Source: Adineta vaga
Taxonomy: Eukaryota; Animalia; Rotifera
Assembly (NCBI GenBank): GCA_021613535.1
Contig: CP075497.1
Span: 1,860,001-1,924,000 of the forward strand
Length of the DNA stretch: 64,000 nt
Reading direction: 5' to 3'
The notes under the pieces are model-generated. The model saw only the letters and a list, made by a program, of their open reading frames with translations, searched no databases and was not told the DNA's origin. This document shows positions 39,101 through 52,357 of this stretch, one piece after another. The position numbers were made by a program, and so were the translations under genes. The first letter of the stretch is position 1. Every line of letters begins with the position of its first letter.

Positions 39101-40353
39101 CGATTTAGATGAGACAAACGACAATAGGAAGAAAAGAAAGAATAGATTCTATGTTAAATAAATGATCACTATTAGTTTTATGACGAAGATAAAAGAAATC
39201 TGATGATAAACATGTATCCTCTTTGAATATTGATTCGTCTATAACAAAAAAATCAATTATAATGATGAAAATTCTCTCGAGATTTAAACATTTGCTTTTT
39301 TCTTAAACTTCTAAAACAAATAACAACAAACTATACCTTCTCTTCATACGATGATGTTATAATCAGTAAATTACAATCATTAATATAATATTTATCAGAG
39401 CAAAGCAATGACCATTTGCAAGTACTTGTAAATATATATACAACGATGTTAATTATAAAGATATGCATGACGTCAATATACAAATGGTTTTTTTCTTCGT
39501 CTCTCTGTGTGTATTTCATCGCAAAAACAAATCACGATTACTATTATTTTCTATTGTTTTTTTTTCAACAGAAATATCAAAATCAGTGAAGAGAAACAAG
39601 ATAAAAAGAAAGACGACAAATACGAACGACGACGATATGTTTATTTTTATATTAATTGTATAATTTTTCTCTATTCTATTCAACAGAAATATTCCATCAT
39701 TGATTTAATGATGCGAAAACTATCGACTGAATAGCTTAATCTATTGTTTTCATAATAAAATAGTCAAGAACATATCTTTACACATGTATAGAAACTTCTC
39801 TTATCAAGAAGATTAATGGCTAAACATAAAATTCTTGAAAGTTAACCTTAGAAATCAATGCTAGATAACAAAAAAGAGAAAACATATTCTATGACAATAT
39901 AGTTAATAAAAGAGAATTAATCATCATTAATATCAATGTTAAATAAATAAAAAAGAATTATTCGAATTTCGATAATCTTAAGTCAGATCGAATCGAACAA
40001 AATGTAATGACACGTAAAAACAATCAAGCGTTTTTTTCTTCTTCTTCTCTCTATCATTGATGGGAGTATATTCAACTGTCGTTATTCTAAAAGACAACAA
40101 CGACTGGTAAATGAGACATATCATGTACATGATACATTAATGTCAAAACATATAAACAAAATGTCACATATCGAACTTACTTGAATGAAGATATCTCATA
40201 AGTTTTGATGAATATTCAACAAAAAAGGATAGTTAGGATGAATGTTTTCCAAGTTGTATTATTTAAGATAATCTTGTCAGATAACTAACAATGAAAAATT
40301 ATGTGCGAAGAATAAATAGACGATGAAAAGTCTTTTTGTTATGAGAATCTTTA

Positions 40354-41923
40354 TTAAACATTGGAATCGATTTCTTCATCTGTTTGAATTAGATGAGAAT
40401 TTGAAATGGAATCTGAACTAATTGTCGTTGCATTATTTGTATAATTATAAGGAATGGAATTTTGAGGAGTTATTCTATATAAATCATTTGTTAATTGAAG
40501 ATCACGTGGTAATTTTCGGTGTCGACTTGTTATTGGAAGATTCTTAGGAAGAGTTAATATCAATAGATTTATGTTTTTGTTCTTTTTTTATCTTACAGGA
40601 TTTGATAAATTTTGAAGACGAAGTATTGTTTCAATGGGAATAGCTGTACGGAGATGTAAATCTTCAGATTTAAGTGATGAATCGAGAAGAATCGATGTTG
40701 GTTGAATATTTGATTCGAAAATAGTTGAAACGGATGGAGATGGTAAAGGAGTTTGATCTTGATTTTGAGATTTTGCTTGTGGTAATGAAGAACGATGAAT
40801 AGTTGGAAGGATTATATCTAAAGAAAAATAATTGGAATTATTTTGAATTTGGAATAGTTCTTCTTTTAATAAAACGAACGTTCATCATGATTTTTAATCG
40901 AAGATTTCTTATCTCTTGTTGAATAATCAATTATTGGTCTATCATTTTCAAATTGTATTTGTTTTGTTCGTTGAATATTAAGATAACGATCAATGCTTGT
41001 TCGACCACGTAATGTAATTGTATCAAATTGATGAAATATCTCCGTTAATGTTAATTGTTGATTAGGTATCGTTTTATCTGTTAGATTCTTTTCAATTAAA
41101 TACAAATATTCATATGCTGTTTTCAATTCAAATGTCGTAAAAGCCACAAATATTGGTAGATTTCTTTGTTGAATACCTTGTTCAATTAATTTGATCGAAC
41201 GTCTTAACTAAATTCGATAGAAATATTTCTTCTAAATAAATGTTTTCTTGTTCTCTTCGATTACTTTATTCAATGTATCACATTTGAGAATTTGACAGAT
41301 TTCTTTCATATCACCTTCATATTTCATATAAAGAAAATAGAGAATATTAATTTCAGCAATATCCTTTTCTGTATCGAACATTTGAAGAAATTCAAATGTT
41401 TGTGTTAAACGACGAATACGATCGATATCTTTTTGTTTTGTAAAGAAAGAAAACTGAAATGATTCAAAGAAATGAAATTTTTACATGATGGAAATTGAAG
41501 AATCTTAATAGGTTCAAGATGTTTCAATTGAAGATCATTTGAAAGTTGTTCAAGAAGATATTTAGCGAAATGAATTGAATTCTTATTACTTGTATGATAA
41601 TCACAACCAAGATAAAATAATTTTAAATCTTCAACAATTTCATCGATTTCATTTTCACTAAACCATGTCCAACCAACTTCAATTGATTCACGTAAACGAT
41701 ATAAATGAAAACGTGAATCATGTTTCGATGTTTTATAAAGACCAGTAAAGTTATACGGATGTCCCATATATCCATATTCAGCTGAATGTGTTTGAACAGC
41801 ACAATGATAATATAAAAAACCTATCGTATGAACACAAGCATTCGTACATCCACCTAAATCATAGAGATTTAGATAGACTGGAGTTACATGACTACCAATA
41901 TGAAGACTAGAAGCAGAGGACAT
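40354..41923 (-). CDS. PPPDE/DeSI-like domain protein with low-complexity C-terminus, multi-exon
   Basis: PVYLNLYDL, YYHCAV..HSAEYGY, RLRESIEVG, YHTSNKNSIHFAK match the PPPDE fold; the expected catalytic Cys is Ser. Confidence 0.75.
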
Positions 41924-42311
41924 TGAGTAAATTGAATAATAATATTCATGAAATATGATCAAGACATTTAGTTAGTATTCAAGGAAAAGATTTGCATGTA
42001 TTTAGCGCGTCTTTCTCATGAAATTTGAGTGAATTAGAATACTAAATTAAGAGCAAGGAGCAAAAAAAATGATCATCAAGAGAAGAACTCGTTTTTTTTC
42101 TTCTTCTCTTATATGAACATTTTTGAATATTCCCACGTGCATATATTTCGGATAAAGAGTTATGTGTTGATTAATCATTTGAATATCTGGAGATGTTTAT
42201 TTTAATCTTGTTTTGGATAAATAGCAAAAAAGAAACAAAAATATAGTAGAAGACATTTACATAATAAACATAACATAGAGATAATCAGTTTCAATCCAAA
42301 ACTATTTGTTA

Positions 42312-45300
42312 TCAATTTGAAAGTTCAAATAAACATGAACTTAGAATATGTGATGCTTCTGAAGCTTCTAATGTTAAATTTGCCAAAAGTTGTTCATATT
42401 GACGAAGATTCCTTTAGAAAGAAAAAACAGACAAATATTTCATTGAAAATGTTCTTATTCACTTACTGTTTTCCACTCGATGAATATTTTGCAATATTTC
42501 TTAGAATAAGTGCAGCTGTTAATCGAATACTTTTTGTTAATGGACCTTCTTTACTTTTATTCTAGAAAAATTCGAAATTACATAGAAAGAAATTGTTTTA
42601 ACGAAAAGATAATCTTACAATTTGTTCATCAAATGAATTTATTTGCATATGACGTCGAATAGCTAACCAAGCAGCATCCGATGCATACCCAATAGAATTC
42701 GTTGATGTTGTCGAACGAGTTGTATTAATTGTTATTGTTGAAGTTGGTACAGGATTTGTTAAACGTAATTTTGCTTGTCGAAATGCAGCTTCCGAACAAT
42801 GACGATCCTAGAAAAAAAAGACTCAAATATAGAAGAAAAAGAAAACGATTTCTAAAAAGAGAAATTTTACATGAACATGACTAATTAATGCCCATTTTTG
42901 TCGTTTCAATCGATCACATCCATTCCATAAACAAACATAATCATTTAAAGATTTAATATGAGATGAACAAACATGATGTAAAACTGATCGTGCAGTTGGA
43001 AAAGCTCTAAAAGAATTCTTTTTTTATTCATTAATTTTCTCGTTAAATATTCTTACAATCGACAATTTTCCCATTCACAAATAAAATCATATGATAGATC
43101 TTCTTTCTTTTCAACTATGATTGATTTTGGTTGTTCTTCAACAGGAGAAATTTCTTTGGTTGATTGAGTTTGCATTTTTCGTTTAAATACGGGTGAAGAT
43201 AATGATTGATCAAGAATAAGTGAAACACGTTGACATAAATCATTTAAACATGAACGAACATCCGTATCTAAAGATGAACAACGATCAAGAAGATCATTGA
43301 TGGTTGAATGAACTGGATTGATTTCATCTTTTGAAGGTTTTGTTGGAATTGAAGGTAAACAAGAACGTTTGGATGCATCATTAAGTATTGTAGCAATTGA
43401 ATCTGAATAAAATCAATATGAAAATATTGAAATAGATAGAATTTTTCTTACCATCAAGTTTTCGTTTTTTATCATTTACTGTTGGTGTTACAGGTAAAAC
43501 ATTCTGTGGTGAAACTATATCGGTAATTATTAAAGGTTTTGAATATTGTCCAACTTGAGATTGAAGAACAAATTTTGCATTGGTTCTATTCAACTCATAA
43601 TTATCCATTGTATAGGTGGAATATTGTGATGATGTTGATTGATTTGTTGGAATAAGAACAACTGATTGAGGTGCTCTGGATTGTGGTGGTAGTGGTTGAT
43701 GATATGAAGGAAGAAGAACAGGACCAGAGGACATTTCAACTATTTTGATTGTTTTTATTGTTTGAGAAGAAAAACTTCGAGCTTCGATTGTTAATAAATC
43801 AATTAAAGTTGTTAAAATTGATGATGGAGAGTCAACATTAAGAATTGCATCACATAATTGTTCACCTAGGAAAAAAGTCGTTTAGTTTAAAAGTAAAATT
43901 TTCATTTCTTTAAATTTACCTAATTCTGTTAATTGATATAAACATTCTAATGTATGAACTAAAATAAGTATATCAGGAATATGTAAAAGACGTTTAATAA
44001 GAATGTCAATGAAATCAATTAAATACATTCCATTATCATTTCCAGCTTGTGCTAAATTTGCCAGAATTTCCAATGCTCGAATAATTTCCAAACGATCTTG
44101 TTGATGATTTTCATCTTCATTTCCATTTAATAATAAAATTAATAATTGTCGAAGAAGATATCCTTCATCATTACTTATTAAACGTAAATGCATATACAAT
44201 GCTAAATTCGTCCAAATATCCAATGCATATTTCTGTAATTCCACATGTTTTTGACACGAGGATATTAATAAGAGAAGTCGATAGGTTAATGATGATGATG
44301 ATCGTAATGATTCAAGTAGAAAAAGTGCATTAACACGATCGAATGAAAGATTTCGTATGATCATTAAGATTTGTTCAATACGAAATTCCTGTTCTTGTTG
44401 ATTGGAATTGAAATTGAAATTGAAATTTTTATAGAGAAGATTCGATTGATTCTCTAAATCATGATTAAAGAATAATTTGACTAAAGAAGATGAACATGAT
44501 TCAATCCAAAACGATTCCATATGATAATCAAAATGTTTTGACCAAAGATTTTCATATAAAGCTTTTAAATAATGATCAGAGAGAATAGTTTCTGATGGTA
44601 GAAATAATCCAATATGACGATAGAGTAAATCTAATAAACGTGGACATTTATATAGATGAAACGATTTCGAATGAATCGATGAAGATGAAAGAAGAAGTAA
44701 AGTATTTAAAGTAAATGTTATTTCATTTGGAAAACCACATATTAAAGCTAATTCTAATTTTTCAAATTCAGTTCGAGGAATAAAATCAGTAAATAGACCA
44801 TGTTGAATACGTAAAGCTTCTGCAAAAATAAAAAAATAAATACATTTGAATAATGAAATCATAGTTTTACCTGAAACTGAATGTTGAGCATAATTATATG
44901 TTTGTGGTACTCGTTGTAGTTGTGCAAGTGTTCGACGTTTTGCATCATCATTTTCTCCATCATGTGTATCGAAATTTTCTCCATGGGTAACTTTTTCATA
45001 TGCATATAAATATCTAAATATGAAAACTAACAAAATAAATTCATTCGATTATTTTCATTTCTATTACCGAATGTAGATATTTTTCAATGCCTGTATACCA
45101 TTGAGACATGTATCATCAATAGAAAAATGATTGGCAATCATTGGCCATAAATGTCGTTCATGAATTTTTTCCCAACCACCATGATTTATAACTGTATTGT
45201 ATAATAAATGTAAATCAACAATTTGACCAGCAATGGTTGGTAAAGTACGAAATGTAGTTCTATGGTATATTGATCGATATGATTATGTTTTACGATGATT

Positions 45301-45559
45301 AGAAAAAGAAAACTTACTGACGACTTCGATGAAAATCACGAAGACGTTTAAGAAATTCATCGGAAGGAGATAATGGTGTAGAATAAATTGAAGGTGTTTG
45401 ATTCGATGAATTTATATCGGAAGTTGGTTGATAGATATTAGTGTTAGTTACTGTTAGAGTTTGAACAGGGTAATGTGGTGATGAGGAATATTGAGCATGA
45501 TTTATTGCTGATGGTTTACTTAGAATTGGACGAGGTTGAATTGGTGGATAAGTTGTCAT
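42312..45559 (-). CDS. ARID2: ARID2/BAF200-like PBAF subunit, multi-exon
   Basis: ARID domain ([27 protein letters not shown]...YLYAYE), [31 protein letters not shown], two C-terminal C2H2-like fingers (CEWENC, CLWNGC), [12 protein letters not shown]. Confidence 0.88.
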
Positions 45560-45732
45560 TATCTACGAATTCAATGAGATAAAAACGAAGACTAATTTGT
45601 TCAATATCGAAATTTTCAGTTTTATTCAAATTCAAAGAAACTTCTTCCTTTTTTTTGAAACAAAAAAAGTTTCATTTCAATGAAAGAATGATTAGATTTG
45701 TCGAATAGAATTACAATCATAGACATTAGCAA

Positions 45733-45745
45733 TAGATGGCAGCAC
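45733..45745. promoter_or_regulatory. CTCF-like motif upstream of ARID2
   Basis: TAGATGGCAGCAC resembles the CTCF core consensus; single site, sequence similarity only. Confidence 0.25.
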
Positions 45746-45872
45746 TTGATGAACATATTCATATATCAAAAGAATATAAACAAAATATCTTGTTCGATTT
45801 TATTCTAACTATGAAATACTTTTTCTTTTTTTTTATCTAACTAAACACACAAAATAATGTTTTTATTAAAAT

Positions 45873-46070
45873 TTATTTTTGAGCATCATCTTTTGCTTGA
45901 TTTTGATCATTTGATGAACTATCTGCCTTAGTTTCAGTTGTTGTTGCAGTACCTAATGTTCCACCTGGTGATTCAGCATTACTACCAACTGATGGTCCTG
46001 TTTGTTTATCAATATCATCGCTTGGTTTTCCACTTAATCCTGAATCAATATTACCAGCTGTTGCCGACAT
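45873..46070 (-). CDS. Small hydrophilic, low-complexity (probably disordered) protein, 65 aa
   Basis: MSATAGNIDSG...DDAQK; higher GC than the flanks; TATA-like element near 46195. Confidence 0.55.
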   Translation of the reverse strand: MSATAGNIDSGLSGKPSDDIDKQTGPSVGSNAESPGGTLGTATTTETKADSSSNDQNQAKDDAQK

Positions 46071-46667
46071 GTTTCTTCTATTCAACAAATGAACAAAATG
46101 TTTGTTTCAACAACGGTGAAGAAGAAAAAAGTCTTACGTTATTCTTTTTTTTACGATTAATGAATGTCTGTCTGTTTCTCCTTCCCGCTTTCTTATATAT
46201 ATTGAGAAAAAAAGAAAGCACCTTGAAAAAAGAAACCTTGACAACACTTTCTTTTGTTACTCCCAACAGTACTATTGACAAAGGCTCTCTTTCGATGATT
46301 TGAATTTCTAGGGATGCTACTTCGAATACGCTCATTTTTTATTCGACAAACTATTTTATGAATTCTATTCAAATATTTGTCTTCGAACTATAATTAATAC
46401 GAATAGTCTCGTTTCGAGAACGTCTTTTGTATATACATTTATCAATCTAAAGTAGAAAATCGTTGAATCAGCATAGTATTCATCATTGACTCATATACTA
46501 TTTTGCGTTCTCGATGACGAAGACAACGCATGTTGTTCGTTTTATTGACGCGTAAAAATGTTATTTAAGGAATATTTCTCATGATGATGCAAGTCCACCT
46601 AATATCTTATAGTATATTTATACAAAACAAGTTTTCGATTGATTTCTAATACACAAAAAAGTATCTA

Positions 46668-48311
46668 ATGGCATCTTTTATTTGTAACGTTCCATCCGAT
46701 GTATCTGTACCACCACGATACGTTGTTAATCTTGATTTACCACCTGCTGTAAGATGGCAACATATTCTTCGTTTATATCTCGATCAATTTCATGCTGTTG
46801 AAAAGAAAATTGATTCAATGATCAATGAAATTATTGGTCAATGGGCAGGACCAATGCTTGAAACAATTTTATCAACAATTATGTCTGGTATAACACGATT
46901 AGGATTAGTTTATTATGGTGAAGAATTAAAAGGTTTTTCTCAAGAAACAGGAATAGCATTGGGTAAATTAGTTTTAATACAATTTGTTTATGAATGTTTC
47001 GCATGTTGTACATCGATTGTTTGTCAAAATAAAGAAACAAATATTCCAATACATATTCGAACAATGGATTGGGAATTAGATTTTTTAAAACCATTAACAA
47101 TCGGTATTTATCAAATATAATTCGAATGAAACTAATAAATAAGATGTTGAAATTTAGATGTTGATTTTCAAAAAAATAATCAAACGATTTTTAAAGCAAC
47201 AACATGGGTTGGATATGTTGGAATTTTAACAGGAATGAGAATGCATAATGGATATTCTGTATCCGTTAATTTTCGACATACAGGTGGATCATTAACAACA
47301 AATCTTAAAACAGCTTTAGCAAGGTAAATCGATTTTAAACTTATAAATTACAAAAACAAATTTCTTCGAAATTAGTGGTTGGCCTATTGGTTTTCTTGTA
47401 CGTGAAATTTTAGAATCAACAAATAATTATGATTTTGCTGTTGAACATTTTGGACATTCATCTATCATTGCACCATGTTATTTTACAATATGTGGAACAA
47501 GCCAAAGTCGAACTATTGGAACGTTATTAACACGAAAACAAAACATCGAGGAAAAAAGGTAAAAAATTAAAATGAAAACAATTTCATATTTACAAATTTT
47601 CTATTCTATTAAAAAAGATGGATTGTATCTGAACAAGGAGCAATTATTCAAACAAATATTGATCATTGGAGTTCAGCAGAAAATGAAGATATTCTTTTTT
47701 CAATTAGACGTCGAAATTTATCTAAACAATCATTAAATCAAATGAAAATAATTAACGAAGAAAATCTATGGAAGGTAATTCTACAATAACAATAATTCTC
47801 TAAATATCGCTATCAAAATCGTTTCTATTTAGTTAATATCTGAATATCCAATATGTAATAATATTACAATTTATGGAACATTTATGTGTCCAGAATATGA
47901 TATTTATCATACACGATATCCACAAGATGATATACAATTTCAATCGAAAGAAAAAGCAGAGTTTATCTTAACAACAGATTTAAAAGTAAGTCATGAATGT
48001 CTTCGATCAGAATATCAATATTTCAGTTTTTTTTTCTTAAGGAAATTTCAAGTACATCATCATCATCAACATCAACTCATATTTGTCATAAATGTGAACG
48101 TGAATTTAATATAAATGATAATTTAGGTGGTAATTGTGCGCATATGGGTAAATGGCATGCAAAATTTGATGATTGTTCATATTTAAAATGTGGTTTTCAT
48201 CTGGGTAAAACAGCTTCTATTGGTAAACAACATTGGTCTTGTTGTTATTCATTAGATCAACATTCGAATATTTGTAGTAAAAGTGCTTCACATACATTTA
48301 TTAAACATTAA
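46668..48311 (+). CDS. Acid ceramidase/NAAA-like Ntn hydrolase with a C-terminal Cys/His-rich finger, 6 exons
   Basis: YVVNLDLPPAVRW, CTSIV (nucleophile Cys), IRTMDW, TTWVGYVGILTGM, IAPCYF, IIQTNIDHW; last exon CHKC...CAHMGKWH...HWSCC...C. Confidence 0.88.
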
Positions 48312-48655
48312 TTAGTGAAAATGTATTTCTGTGATAATTTATATATATATATATAAACTTGAAATATTTTGTCAAAAGAGAAAGATCTATCGGATAAGAT
48401 TAGATTTCACATTACCTTTTAGGATGAATCATATGAAGGAAGATCGGTTTACGTTTATGCTGTTATGAAAAAAGTATAACATTATTTGCTTTCGAATGAT
48501 GCAATTATAACAAACACATGGGAATTTCTTTTTTTATTTTCTGTTTTTCCCACGAGAAGTTGTCCGAGAAATTTCAGTTCTATAAGCATTAATCATCGCT
48601 TTGAATCAAACATTGTTTACTGATCGTCTGTTTTATAAAATAAAATAGTAACAAT

Positions 48656-48844
48656 ATGCAAATGTCATCATCATCATCGTCGTCGAATTCTAATACTCTT
48701 TGTGTTGTATGTTCAATAAGACATCGTGCACTAGCTTTAATACCTTGTGGACATTTCAATGTATGTGTACAATGCGGACATGGGTTATGTGTATGTCCAA
48801 CATGTGGAACAAATATTAAAGGATTGATACGAGTATACGATTGA
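48656..48844 (+). CDS. Stand-alone C3HC4 RING finger microprotein (62 aa)
   Basis: CVVC...ALIPCGHFNVCVQC...CPTC...IRVY, the IAP/RNF34-type RING pattern. Confidence 0.8.
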   Translation: MQMSSSSSSSNSNTLCVVCSIRHRALALIPCGHFNVCVQCGHGLCVCPTCGTNIKGLIRVYD

Positions 48845-48962
48845 ATTATATATTGGATATGTGGGATTTCGACACAGTTTTCAATGACTTAATCCTGATT
48901 CGAAGAACTTTTTTATTGTAATAAAATATTGTTTATGTTCTGAATTATTCTAAATGATTATT

Positions 48963-50027
48963 TCAGACATGTTTAAGAAGAAATGCAATAACATCTTTGA
49001 TATATTTGTTATAAACTTCTTCAGCATCTGATTCAGCATTGAAACCATGACCACGACCTTCAGCTAAAACAAGCACATGAGTAATATGATTTAATTGGAG
49101 TTGTTCAGCAAGATGAGTTGCATTGTCAACAGGTGTTACTTGATCAGCTGTCCCATGAACAAAATAAGTCGGAGGAAAAGTTGCAGCATAAAGTTCAGGA
49201 AATAAACAATGTGATTCTTGGGGAATTTTCTTCAATACATCTTCATTGGGTACTGAACGAAGTGATGCAGAAAGACCACTAATACCTGTGAGATAATCGA
49301 GAAATGTCCCTGTTTCTGTAAATATCTGTATAAGAACACCAGTGGTTCGCGCTTTTTCACCACTTTCAGGTATTGGCCATGCAAGAGGAACATCACTTAC
49401 TGGATGATGAGAATGATTTGTTTCTCCACTGATTATCTTGAGATAAGATTCATATTCAGTAGTATCAATTGTTATGGGTGATTTAACTGAATAATAAAAT
49501 GAAGAAATTAAATGACCACCTAATCCATAAAGACTAAAAACAGCTTTGGGCTTTGGCTTTGCATGAATAGCAGCAAGATATGCAACATAAACACCTGCAC
49601 TTGCTCCACCAACAGCAAGTCGAGAAGAATCAATGCGAAATGATGTATCATTCAAATCTTGATTAATTCGATCAGATGAAAGATAATTGAATAAGTTCTT
49701 AACATCAGCAAGAATATCATGACCAGTACATGGAATTAAAAGTCGATAATCAGCAGAAATAAAAGCCCAACCAATCGATAAAATATCTTCTGAAACAGAA
49801 AATAATTACAATTATAGCCATGAAAACTTTATAATTCTTTTCACTTACTTTTTAGTTGTAATGGAATGAAAGATTGTCTATTACCTCCAATTAATCCACC
49901 ACCATGGAAAAATATGAAAGCAGGAATATTTCTATCAGTGACTTTTTCCGTTGATGGAAAATCGATATCCAAATGTATATCTAAATCATTCACACGTGAA
50001 TAAATGAGAGTCGTTGTTGGTTGACAT
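48963..50027 (-). CDS. HSL-family esterase (alpha/beta hydrolase), 2 exons (intron 49790-49848); 5' end out of frame
   Basis: FFHGGGLIGG, SADYRL, GGASAG, VHGTADQV, HGF; the nearest ATG (50027) is not in the coding frame. Confidence 0.82.
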
Positions 50028-50635
50028 CTTAGCAGAAAAGATTTTTTTACAAAAGAAAGGATATGAATAACAAATATATATAGAGAGCAATGTGGTTTGA
50101 TAATGATGAATCAGAGATGATAGAGCAAAATAAAATGTCCTTCAAAGACATATACTGGAAAAATAAGAAGAGCAGAAAAAAGTTGTAATATGATGATTCA
50201 TCGCTTAGTGCATATGCACACATTCGTTCAATACTGAGTCATCATATTCAGAATGAAGTTAGAAATTCTAATTTCGTACTAGAATAATTTGATTGAAATT
50301 TATTGACTGATTTTATGATATTATATCCGTCTTTTTACATTGTGCTCACATCATTCAAATGTGTTGATAATATATTTTCATTAGAAATCTATTCAAGTGA
50401 TTATTCAATCGTTTGAAATGTTTGATGTATTTATAAACCATACATACGTTTTGACGAGGTCGAATAATAGAACTGAAAAGAAAGAATAGTCACAAAACAC
50501 ATACATACATACATAGTGATGAAAAAGAAAAAGATATGATTGCTCGATTTGTTTACAGACAGAAATGTAAAACGATCTTTGTTCATTCTTGTCTATAAAT
50601 AAAATATCCAAACAACCACACGCATAGTTTAAATC

Positions 50636-51927
50636 ATGCATTTTATTCTTCTAGTAATTTTAGTCACGTGCCAAGTATGAAATTAAAAATCATCGATTTC
50701 TATATTGTAAATTTTTTTTTATATTATATAAAAGATTTGTACATCAACAGTTTTGTTTCGTCTTACAAGTAAAAATCCTAATGTTTCAATTGATTTCGCT
50801 TATTTTCTTGGTACAATACATGTTATACAAGATCGTATTTGGCCTTATTTTTCTAATGAAACAATAAATATCTTGAATGAGAGTGAAGAAATTTGGGTTG
50901 AACATGATTTCACTGATCCACATGTTAGTAAACATATATATGAATGCGCAATTGCTAAAATGACACCAAAATTACAATCTCGTATTCGTGAAAAAACATG
51001 GTCAGAATTTCTTAATGAAACATCGAATAATAATTCATCTCAATCAAATAGTATTTATATTTATTAATGAAAAATATTTCAAATAAAGACCTATATCTCT
51101 TTTAGATACTGAACAATGGCGAACATGGTTTATAAAAAAACAATCAACAACAAATAATTATTTGTCACGTAATCGAACAATCGGTAATGATATTATATTT
51201 GATCATCGAATTATTCTCGAAGGTTATCTAAATAAGAAATTTGTTGGTTCACTTGAATCAATTCCTGATGATTGTTTTCAAGTAAATCATTATTAAAGTT
51301 AGTTTTTTTTGCGAAAGATTAAATTTTATTTTCATGTAGATTGTCAATCCAATCAATGGTACAGATTCTTGGAAACCAATTAATTCCAAACAAGAAAATT
51401 TTCTCTCTCTTCTCTATAATTGTGGTTTAGTTGCTGATGATTTTATCAATGAAATTTATAAATATTTAGATTTAATTAAAATGAAATATCGTAATCAACA
51501 AATGATGAAACAAATTCGAAAATTATTACAAACAAATCCACATAAAAAATATCTGTTTGCTGTTGGTTCAGGTATAAACATTGAATTTCTTATTTTAAGC
51601 AAAAACAAAAAAAAATGTCATTTTTCAATTATTTAGCTCATCTTTTTGGAAATATAAGTATTATTCAAATGTTACAAGAACAATATCAAAATGATTACCA
51701 TATCGAACGATTAAATATAACAAATCCATATTTTACCCAACAGTATGATTTATTTAATTCTTTTTCTTCTTATTTTAATTTGTTTTGTTTTTTTTTCAAC
51801 TAGAAATTGTTCTGATAATGAATTTCAACGATTGATTAATGAAATGAATTTCGTTTCAAACAATACAATTGGCAAAAGATTTCTTAATAATGAACTATTT
51901 AATCAATTATCAGCATCTTTTTTTTAA
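50636..51927 (+). CDS. Secreted TraB/PrgY/GumN (TIKI-like) family protein, multi-exon
   Basis: Signal-peptide exon MHFILLVILVTCQ; YFLGTIHV, VGSLES, RNQQM, LFAVGSAHLFG. Confidence 0.75.
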
Positions 51928-52357
51928 ATAAAATTCTTACATTTCTATAATGTCGATCAATGTTCTTGAATATGTTTTCTTTCTCGTTAACAATGACAAA
52001 TGACTTGTACATAACTTTTCGTATTAGAATGATCAATGGTATCTCTCGTCGTGATTTCGTCACCGGTAAAAATCGTCTCGTTGAAATAGAGGGAGAAAGA
52101 GAAGAAAAAGATTAGTAGTCTTCTTTCGTCGTTTGTTTTCAAATGTCGATGTAATGAAGAGAGAGATGTACACAGATGTGTGAGAACATGTAGAGATGAA
52201 TGACATATCTTTGTTCGATTCTCTTTGATTAAAAAGAATTTCACATTGAATATATAAATTCAAAATCTTAACACATTTATTGTTCACTAAATAATCATCA
52301 GTTAGTTCAATGTTGAACAAAAAAAACCCGCTAATAATGAGATGAAGATTTATCATC

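Noticed and set aside
36859-39734. Short ORFs of 60-77 aa in the gene-free region
   Set aside because: F/I/K/L-rich translations typical of AT-rich non-coding DNA, with no motifs.
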